Shown: positions 57,242-64,000 of the stretch, one piece after another | Numbering within the stretch: position 1 is the stretch's first letter | Layout: each line of letters starts with the position of its first letter | Virus record (IMG/VR): IMGVR_UViG_3300020388_000010 | Origin: a virus | Lineage: Duplodnaviria > Caudoviricetes | Reading direction: 5' to 3' (one strand) | DNA: 64,000 nucleotides | Notes under the pieces: model-generated | What the model was told of the DNA's origin: nothing | What the model saw: the letters and a program-made list of their open reading frames with translations, nothing else | The model's database searches: none | Position numbers and translations under genes: made by a program

Positions 57242-58020
57242 TGACAAAGTATTTTGATACAAAAAATGGAACTTTGGAAAATGCCGTGTTATCTGTTTAC
57301 GAGAAAAAATTAGACCCAGTAAATAAAAACGCTGTAAAGAAAAAGTTTGACGATAGAAAAGATAAAGATATTGATAATGATGGAGATGTGGATTCAACAG
57401 ATAAATTTCTTCACAAAAGAAGAAAAGCAATCACTAAAGCGATTGAAAAAGAAGGTAATATGTTTACTATGAAACTTGCACAAGCAAGAAAAAATGGTGA
57501 CGATGAAATGGTTGTTTCTGGTAAAAAATATAAAGTAAAAGATGTTGAAGGAACTGTAAAGGAGTTAAAAATGTCTAAAAATGAAAACGCATATTTTAGA
57601 GTTGATACTATGAGAGATGCTCTAAAAAAAGTATGGGGTGATGCAGTAAAAGAATCTGTTGAACCTAAAAAAGAATCTCTAGAAGAAAAGAAACTAGAAG
57701 ATTCACCTAACCCAGCTAACCAATGGCATATGTGTGCAAAAAATGTAGTACACGAAAAATGGGGTAGGGGTAATACAATACACTCTATGCACGCCGACCC
57801 AGATAAAAAAGGTATGGTTGAATGGTATGATATTTGGTTTCAACACGGAATTGAAAAACAAGTTCCAACTAAAGATTTGGAAATAGTTCACGAAGAAGGA
57901 CACGAAAACCATAAGAAAGATAAAGATAAAAAACTTATGGGTAAAAAAATGCATAAGACTATGACTGGTAAACCAATGTCAGATATTGAAACTTCTAAAG
58001 AAGAAAAAAAATCTGCATAG
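57241..58020 (+). CDS. Modular putative head-internal protein with DxDxDG motif
   Basis: DKDIDNDGDVDSTD; ESLEE linker; His-rich C-terminal domain. Confidence 0.6.
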   Translation: MTKYFDTKNGTLENAVLSVYEKKLDPVNKNAVKKKFDDRKDKDIDNDGDVDSTDKFLHKRRKAITKAIEKEGNMFTMKLAQARKNGDDEMVVSGKKYKVKDVEGTVKELKMSKNENAYFRVDTMRDALKKVWGDAVKESVEPKKESLEEKKLEDSPNPANQWHMCAKNVVHEKWGRGNTIHSMHADPDKKGMVEWYDIWFQHGIEKQVPTKDLEIVHEEGHENHKKDKDKKLMGKKMHKTMTGKPMSDIETSKEEKKSA

Positions 58021-58022
58021 GG

Positions 58023-58050
58023 TTGACAAGTTACGATAGTATGTTATAAT
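58023..58050 (+). promoter_or_regulatory. sigma70-type promoter
   Basis: TTGACA-16-TATAAT with TG extension. Confidence 0.7.
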
Positions 58051-58073
58051 AACAGAATGAAAAGAGAGGTAAA

Positions 58074-58601
58074 GTGAAAAATTTTTATGATGTTTATAAT
58101 TCTACATTAAGTGAGAAAGAGGAATTACCAACACTATTTTGCGATATGGATATGGTGTTGGTTGATTTTTTAGGAGGTGCCGATAAAGAAGTCGGTCAAA
58201 CCTTTGTAAAAATGGATAATGCAAAAAGATGGGCAACTATTCACAAGAATAAATCCTTTTGGGAAAACTTAGAATGGATGCCTGGAGCAAAGAGATTATG
58301 GAGTTTCGTTAATAAATATGGTTCACATATATTATCTGCATATTCAACAAAAGATAGTAATTGTGTGCCTGGTAAAATGAAATGGTTGAGAAAGAATTTG
58401 AGTTTAACACAGAGAAGCCGTATACATTTAGTAAGGCGTTCTCAAAAACAAGATTTTGCAATGACAAACAATAAACCTAATGTTTTAATTGATGACCACG
58501 CTAAAAATATTAAAGAGTGGAAATCAAAAGGTGGTATCGGAATACATCATATGTCTGTGAGTACAACATTAAACGAATTGAAAAAATTAGGTTATAAATA
58601 G
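58074..58601 (+). CDS. HAD-family 5'(3')-nucleotidase-like phosphatase (GTG start)
   Basis: FCDMDMVLVDF, FWENLEWMPGA, ILSA, GKMKW, VLIDD, WKSKGGIGI. Confidence 0.85.
   Translation: MKNFYDVYNSTLSEKEELPTLFCDMDMVLVDFLGGADKEVGQTFVKMDNAKRWATIHKNKSFWENLEWMPGAKRLWSFVNKYGSHILSAYSTKDSNCVPGKMKWLRKNLSLTQRSRIHLVRRSQKQDFAMTNNKPNVLIDDHAKNIKEWKSKGGIGIHHMSVSTTLNELKKLGYK
58593..58600 (+). promoter_or_regulatory. Late promoter
   Basis: TATAAATA upstream of structural gene 58626. Confidence 0.7.
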
Positions 58602-58625
58602 TTATAAAACTATAAGGAGAAAACA

Positions 58626-60146
58626 ATGAGTTTATGGAGTATGAATGATGGCTCCGCTTTATCTGGTACTCACACTTACACGAATGGAAGTGCGATTGTA
58701 CAAGCTAATGCAAGTGGAGCATACAAAACCGAAGTAAAAATCGGTGATGTAGTTACTACAGCTGGTGGAGAAAAAGTGAGAGTAAAAGACCTTACACCAC
58801 CTAGAACAGTTGCTACATCTGCTGTAAACGCAAGTAATGAAAGAATTACCATTACTTCACACGGATATACTGCAAACACACCACTCACATATAGTGCAGC
58901 TGGTGGAACTGCAATCGCTGGAATCACAGACGGACAAATCGTATTTGTTAAAACTGTTCACGATGCAAACACAATAGATGTATCTGCAACAGAAGGCGGT
59001 TCAGTAATTAATATAACTGGAACTGGTAATAATTCACAAACATTTATTGGTGAAACAAATACTGGTATGACATTAACATCTGATTTTGGTGGAAGCACAG
59101 AAAGTGGTGTTGCCGCAACTGTATCAAGACCACCAATAAACGGACACGGTGGAACTATTGATAGCACCGTATTTGGTATAGATGAAGGTGAATCTGTTGC
59201 TGGTGTTGATAATGTGACTGATATTGCATTAACATCAACTACTGGTGCAAGATATGTACAAGCACCAACTATTACTGTTGCAGGGCCAACTGCAAGAGTT
59301 CTTACAACTGCAAATGTTTCACTTGCAAACGATACATTTACCATTACAGGCCACAATATGAGAACTGGTACATCTATAACTTATAATAGTCAAGGTGGAA
59401 CTAATCTTGCACAAAATAGTGGTAACATTACAGATGATACTGAATTATTTGTTATTCGTGTAGATGCAGACACTATTAAGTTAGCAAGTTCACTTTCTAA
59501 TGCAGAAGCTGGTACTGCACTTGATATGACTGGTGGTTCTGGTAATGTTGGTAATAACTCACAAACATTAACTGGTACTACTGCAACTGCAACTGCAACA
59601 GTTTCTGGTGGAGCTGTTTCTGCAATTACTGTAACAGCAGTAGGTTCTGATTATCAATCTACACCAGCTGTAACAGTTGAAGCACCAAAAATGACAATTC
59701 CAACTGGTAATGTAAATGCTGGTACTAATGTAATCACATTTACTGGACACGGACTAACAGATGCTGACCAAATCACTTACAACCAAGTAGGTGGTGGAAC
59801 TTTAATGACCAATGTAACTAACGGACAAACTGTATTTGTTAGAGATAAAACTGACGATACCTTTAAGATTGCAGCTACTGAAGGTGGAACTGCGATTAAC
59901 ATTGGTACTGGTCATAGTGCTCAAACATTTACTATTGTAACTGGTGCAACAACAGCAACTGCTGTAGCTTCAACTGGTTTAGGTAATGACGGTGATAGTA
60001 ACACCACAGAACTTAGCCATGTAGGTTGGGTTAAGAAAACAGTAGGTACTGGTGGTCGTGCTGGTAGAGTTCAATATGAAACTCTAGTTGCTGCTTCAAG
60101 TATTTCTGGTGATGCTGCTGATGATATCGCACTACCAGATAGCTAG
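58626..60146 (+). CDS. Virion structural/decoration protein with three repeated beta domains
   Basis: Repeats ITITSHGY/FTITGHNM/ITFTGHGL; C-terminal HVGWVKKTVGTGGRAGRVQYETLVA. Confidence 0.7.
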   Translation: MSLWSMNDGSALSGTHTYTNGSAIVQANASGAYKTEVKIGDVVTTAGGEKVRVKDLTPPRTVATSAVNASNERITITSHGYTANTPLTYSAAGGTAIAGITDGQIVFVKTVHDANTIDVSATEGGSVINITGTGNNSQTFIGETNTGMTLTSDFGGSTESGVAATVSRPPINGHGGTIDSTVFGIDEGESVAGVDNVTDIALTSTTGARYVQAPTITVAGPTARVLTTANVSLANDTFTITGHNMRTGTSITYNSQGGTNLAQNSGNITDDTELFVIRVDADTIKLASSLSNAEAGTALDMTGGSGNVGNNSQTLTGTTATATATVSGGAVSAITVTAVGSDYQSTPAVTVEAPKMTIPTGNVNAGTNVITFTGHGLTDADQITYNQVGGGTLMTNVTNGQTVFVRDKTDDTFKIAATEGGTAINIGTGHSAQTFTIVTGATTATAVASTGLGNDGDSNTTELSHVGWVKKTVGTGGRAGRVQYETLVAASSISGDAADDIALPDS

Positions 60147-60169
60147 AATCTAAATTATAGGAGTATATT

Positions 60170-60406
60170 ATGTCTTTAGAATTAAAAGATATTGAAACGA
60201 GAAAACAAGAATTACAAGTTGAATTATCAAAGGTAGAGAATCAACTTGTAGAGGCACTCAAAAAAGTAGAGTCGTTGAAACAAACTAAATTCTCTATCGC
60301 TGGTGCCATAGCGCTTTGTAATGAATTCGGTGAGAAAACTGATGTCGGAAAAGATGAAAATTCTGATGCCGACAGTAACATTCCCCACACTATTGCTGGG
60401 GTTTAG
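60170..60406 (+). CDS. Coiled-coil hypothetical protein
   Basis: AGGAG RBS; heptad pattern. Confidence 0.6.
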   Translation: MSLELKDIETRKQELQVELSKVENQLVEALKKVESLKQTKFSIAGAIALCNEFGEKTDVGKDENSDADSNIPHTIAGV

Positions 60407-60423
60407 ACCATAGGAGATAAAAT

Positions 60424-60888
60424 ATGGCTGATAAGAAAATTACTGCGTTAACAGACTTAGGGTCTGGTATCGCAACTGCTGATTTATTTCACATTGTAGA
60501 TGACCCAACTGGTACACCTATCAATAAGAAAATTTCAGCTGCGAATGTATTTAACTATATTCCAACATTTATTGCAACTAACAGTACAGAAGCACTAACT
60601 AATACTTCTACTGCTGTTTCAGTTTCTACTGCTGTTTCAACAGTTGATTCATCTGGTGGTGCAGTAACTGTAACACTTGCAGCTGGTGTAACTGGTCAGT
60701 TGAAGACAATTATTTGTACTACTGCTGGTAATAACATCACTGTAACTCCTGCCGCCACAGTTGGTTCTGGTACTACTGTTGTACTAGATGCCGCTGGTGA
60801 ATCAGTATCATTAATGTATACTGGTACTGCTTGGGCTGCAGTTGCAACTTCATCTTTCGCAACAAGTATTGCAACAGTCATTCAGTAA
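60424..60888 (+). CDS. Putative virion structural protein
   Basis: [25 protein letters not shown]; Thr/Ala/Val-rich beta domain. Confidence 0.65.
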   Translation: MADKKITALTDLGSGIATADLFHIVDDPTGTPINKKISAANVFNYIPTFIATNSTEALTNTSTAVSVSTAVSTVDSSGGAVTVTLAAGVTGQLKTIICTTAGNNITVTPAATVGSGTTVVLDAAGESVSLMYTGTAWAAVATSSFATSIATVIQ

Positions 60889-61061
60889 TGTCTGACTTAA
60901 AGATGAAAAGTAAAAAGATGGGTGACCATCTTGATACTATGTTGAAAAAATATAAGAGAGGTGAAAAAATAGGTTTCACCGCTCTTGCAAGACTAAAGGC
61001 ACGAGGTTTAATTCCTCGTGCTGATGGTTCAAAGAAAAAAGGTAAATTAGGGAAATCATAA
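60888..61061 (+). CDS. Small basic hypothetical protein
   Basis: ATG overlaps upstream TAA; GEKIGFTALARLKARGLIPRADG. Confidence 0.6.
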   Translation: MSDLKMKSKKMGDHLDTMLKKYKRGEKIGFTALARLKARGLIPRADGSKKKGKLGKS

Positions 61062-61492
61062 TGATAGATTTTAAACAGTATATTACTGAACTAAAGGGAA
61101 CAAAACCCGCTAACTCTAATGCACAACACGACTCCGACCACGATATGGTTGATGTGTCTGATGATGGTGTTGTTAGAAAACTTAATTCATTTTTGGGTTG
61201 TATTGCCGAAATGGATCATATGTTACCAGAACAAACTATTAGTGTTGTGAGAAGAAGACTTGCAAGTATTGGATTAACATTTCCAAATATTGATGTAGTA
61301 GAAGATTCTGGAAACATATCTGCACCGTTAACACAATTCGGTGGTAGATTTGGTAAAGACATTGACACACCTCACAATGAGTTTGTTAATGATGATGGTA
61401 TTTCACATAGAGTTGAAGGTGGTCGTTCCATTAATTTTGTTTATGAAAAAAAAGAAAATGGAAAATTCAAGGTCACTGCCGAAATTAAATAA
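61061..61492 (+). CDS. Hypothetical protein with capsid-targeting-like N-terminus
   Basis: MIDFKQYITE; LTQFGGRFGK. Confidence 0.65.
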   Translation: MIDFKQYITELKGTKPANSNAQHDSDHDMVDVSDDGVVRKLNSFLGCIAEMDHMLPEQTISVVRRRLASIGLTFPNIDVVEDSGNISAPLTQFGGRFGKDIDTPHNEFVNDDGISHRVEGGRSINFVYEKKENGKFKVTAEIK

Positions 61493-61854
61493 TGTTTGAG
61501 AAAATAACTGTTGATAATGTTATGATGTATGCGATGAAACATTATAATAATCCTCAAGGGGATAATGAAAAAGAATTTCTTGATGATATGAAGAGATTCA
61601 AATATATTAAGAGATTGTTGAGAAAATATCAAGACAATGGGCCTTTGAAAGAACGATTGATTTTAAATCACATAATTGTTTTAAATAATGTCTTTGGTGC
61701 AGATGCGTGTTCAACACTTTTATTATTTAAATTAGAAACTTCGTTATGGAAATATATAAAACCATTTATGGAATTTTTAAAAATTCTTCCAGAATGTGAG
61801 TTAAAAAATATAGAGAATGACGAAAAAGTAGAAAGTATTTTAAGGAATATTTAA
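61492..61854 (+). CDS. Conserved T4-like marine phage protein
   Basis: YAMKHYNNP, EFLDDMKRFKYIKRLL, ERLILNHIIVLNNVFG. Confidence 0.75.
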   Translation: MFEKITVDNVMMYAMKHYNNPQGDNEKEFLDDMKRFKYIKRLLRKYQDNGPLKERLILNHIIVLNNVFGADACSTLLLFKLETSLWKYIKPFMEFLKILPECELKNIENDEKVESILRNI

Positions 61855-62492
61855 TGGGAACTGCGATAGATTTATTTGTAACTTATAGGTTTATTAAATT
61901 ATTAGTAACACCTTTTGAAAAAACTGATGCATTTAAACTTGGTATTATTAACGAAAAGGGTTTACGACAAGTCGTGCCTGGAACAACAAAACCAACACCT
62001 CTTTCAACAATCAAAGAAAGAAATGCATATACTGTTCTCCACAAGTTAGTATTCAATATTAAAAGAATTTTTGCAAGAGTGCCTGGACTAGGTTCTAAAG
62101 TTGGAACTTATGCAGCTGCACTTTTTTTATTAAAGGACACATTCAAAGAGGGTGTTGACCCTAAAATGTTTGAAAGAGAATTTTTAAAGTTTATAAAAGA
62201 AAATGATATTAAACTAGATGACACGATTACTGAAGAAGTTGATTTAGTTGATGGAAAATTACCAAAAGGTGTTTATAAACTGTCAAATGATATTATAAAA
62301 GATGATGATGAAGACATACCATTACTAAAAAAAGATGATGATGTGGAAACATTAGAGGACACATTACCATCTGATACAGTATTAGGTGTTCCAGTTTTTG
62401 CAGTCCTACATACTAATAGTAATAGTAAGATTTTTGTAAGTATGGATGATATTGAACCAGTATCAGTAGAAGATGCATTAGGAGAAATTTAA
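61854..62492 (+). CDS. Conserved T4-like marine phage protein
   Basis: DLFVTYRFIKLLVTPFEKTDAFKLGII, YTVLHKLVFNIKR, YAAALFLLK. Confidence 0.75.
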   Translation: MGTAIDLFVTYRFIKLLVTPFEKTDAFKLGIINEKGLRQVVPGTTKPTPLSTIKERNAYTVLHKLVFNIKRIFARVPGLGSKVGTYAAALFLLKDTFKEGVDPKMFEREFLKFIKENDIKLDDTITEEVDLVDGKLPKGVYKLSNDIIKDDDEDIPLLKKDDDVETLEDTLPSDTVLGVPVFAVLHTNSNSKIFVSMDDIEPVSVEDALGEI

Positions 62493-64000
62493 TGGATAAG
62501 AAAAAATATGTAAGAGTAGACCCTTTCACTGGATTCCCAGAGAAAGATGTAAAAGAAGATGCACCGACAACATCTACTGCTGGTGTTGCAGCCACTGGTG
62601 ATGACCCAACAGTTGTTATGAAAAAGAAAAAGAAAAAATTATATGATGGTAGAACATCTATTGCAAAGAAATTTGTTGAAAGAATATTAAAACAAAGAGA
62701 AGCAAGGAGAGTTGCAGAAGAAGTTGAACTTGAAGAAAAAGTAAAACAACCTAGACAATTAATTAATCCAAGTAAAGAAGCTATGGTTGTAAAAAATAAT
62801 AAAGTTATCGTAGTTGATAAAAAAGATTTAAAACAATACACATCAAAAGGTTGGTCTCTTGCAGAAGATATTGAACTTGATGAAATGCGAGGTATATATG
62901 TTGTTCGTAATGATAATGGTAGAATGATTGCAAAAAATAAAAACAGAAATGCGATTGATAAAGAGAGAAAAAAGTACGAAACACAAACTGGTAACAAAAC
63001 TACAATGAATATTGAAAAAGAACCAGTTCCAGATTTAAAAGAAGGCACTGAACTTGAAGAGGCACTAAAACCAAAAGATAAAAAAGTTGTAGATGCATTT
63101 TATGATGGTAAATCTATGAAAGGTGATACACTATCCACAGATGGTAAAAAACTAGAAAAAAGTGGTTTGGGTGCTCAAACTATTGCAACTTCATCTGGTG
63201 GCAAATTTAAGGTTGTTGCAAAGATGGACGGAAAACATACTCAGTCAGTAGTTTCATATATTAAAAAATCATTTCCTAAAAATGTAGTAGAAGAGATTAC
63301 AGAAGGAACTATGGCTAGTGGTCTTTTTTCAAATAACCCAGAAACATCAAACAAATCTGGTTATGAATTAACTAAGTTTTTTAAGAAAAAACCTAATGCA
63401 AAACAAGCATATGATTTTGTAGATAGACACATTCCAGATGATGAATTAGGTGATGATATAGCTGCACTTGCTGGTGAATTAGATGATGCACCAGGCAGAT
63501 TGAAAGACTTTCCATATAAAAAACAAAAGAAAGCATATAGTAAAATTGACCCAAGAAGTGTTGTCTTAAATAGACTTGCAGATTTTACTGATGACAAAAA
63601 TGCAATGTTGTTAGTTAAAACACTTATGAATATGGGTGTTAAACCAATTAAATTAGGTACTGGTAGGGCTGGTAAAGGTGAGTATGACCCTATAAAGATG
63701 AAAATTAATCCTAGTAAAATAGATGCAATCTTAAAAAAATTTGGTGTGTCAGACCCCAAACAAATTACATTCAAGGAAGAAACAATGGAAATAACAGAAG
63801 AAGTTATGACACTTAAAACAAAAGATAGTGTTATGGGACTTAAAGTATTTAATGGTGCAAAGGGTTTAGGTTTAAAAGCTGCACTCTTAGGAAAATATGT
63901 AAGAGTTAAAGGTAGTAAAAAACAAGTAAACGATTTTGGAAGAACAGTTATTGGTAAATCATCAATGGGTAGTCCTACTGAATTAAATCCCCCTCAACTA
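62492..64000 (+). CDS. Large modular polyprotein, open to window end (absent from ORF track)
   Basis: AGGAG RBS; MDKKKYVRVDPFTGF...; no stop in 503 codons; linkers EEVELEE, EDIELDE, EGTELEE, VEEITE, ETMEITEE. Confidence 0.8.
   Translation, partial: MDKKKYVRVDPFTGFPEKDVKEDAPTTSTAGVAATGDDPTVVMKKKKKKLYDGRTSIAKKFVERILKQREARRVAEEVELEEKVKQPRQLINPSKEAMVVKNNKVIVVDKKDLKQYTSKGWSLAEDIELDEMRGIYVVRNDNGRMIAKNKNRNAIDKERKKYETQTGNKTTMNIEKEPVPDLKEGTELEEALKPKDKKVVDAFYDGKSMKGDTLSTDGKKLEKSGLGAQTIATSSGGKFKVVAKMDGKHTQSVVSYIKKSFPKNVVEEITEGTMASGLFSNNPETSNKSGYELTKFFKKKPNAKQAYDFVDRHIPDDELGDDIAALAGELDDAPGRLKDFPYKKQKKAYSKIDPRSVVLNRLADFTDDKNAMLLVKTLMNMGVKPIKLGTGRAGKGEYDPIKMKINPSKIDAILKKFGVSDPKQITFKEETMEITEEVMTLKTKDSVMGLKVFNGAKGLGLKAALLGKYVRVKGSKKQVNDFGRTVIGKSSMGSPTELNPPQL

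Noticed and set aside
1789-63774. Numerous short minus-strand and alternate-frame ORFs in the track (e.g. 8363-8821, 17394-17858, 41433-41969, 62413-63048, 63361-63774)
   Set aside because: Shadows of well-supported plus-strand genes, with no RBS or recognisable motifs; the last two lie opposite the open ORF starting at 62492

Overview
This 64-kb, AT-rich window (roughly one-third GC by eye) comes from a T4-like myovirus of the marine cyanophage/pelagiphage type, with almost every gene on the + strand. The host is probably a marine alphaproteobacterium, judging from the PstS type, a ROSE-like RNA thermometer and leaderless sigma70 promoters. Gene order: neck, tail, terminase and head genes (gp13-gp23, gp3); recombination and late transcription (uvsY, uvsW, gp55, gp47, gp46); replisome (gp45, gp44, gp62, regA, gp43, uvsX, gp41). 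Accessory genes (about seven 2OG-Fe(II) oxygenases, pstS, peroxiredoxin, glutaredoxin, hsp20, lipoproteins) sit between core gene pairs. Four things stand out. (1) A DNA-hypermodification module: C5-methyltransferase, TET/JBP dioxygenase, ParB-like protein and P-loop kinase, plus a separate Mom-like enzyme. The TET and Mom proteins end in the polymerase's clamp-binding motif. A GpC target can be inferred from the genome, because CCWGG/GGNCC sites almost only survive where they overlap a GpC. (2) A ~14-kb block of proteins with T4 capsid-targeting-like N-termini, several being modular polyproteins of small basic domains joined by E-[LI]-x-E prohead-protease-like linkers, suggesting a cargo of head-packaged injected effectors. 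(3) Three glycine-rich fibre paralogues between gp16 and gp17, each 3' end supplying the RBS and start codon of the next gene, including terminase. (4) A five-hairpin ROSE-like leader on hsp20 and two unannotated hydrophobic micro-peptides. All family assignments come from motif recognition and all counts are by eye; no searches were run.
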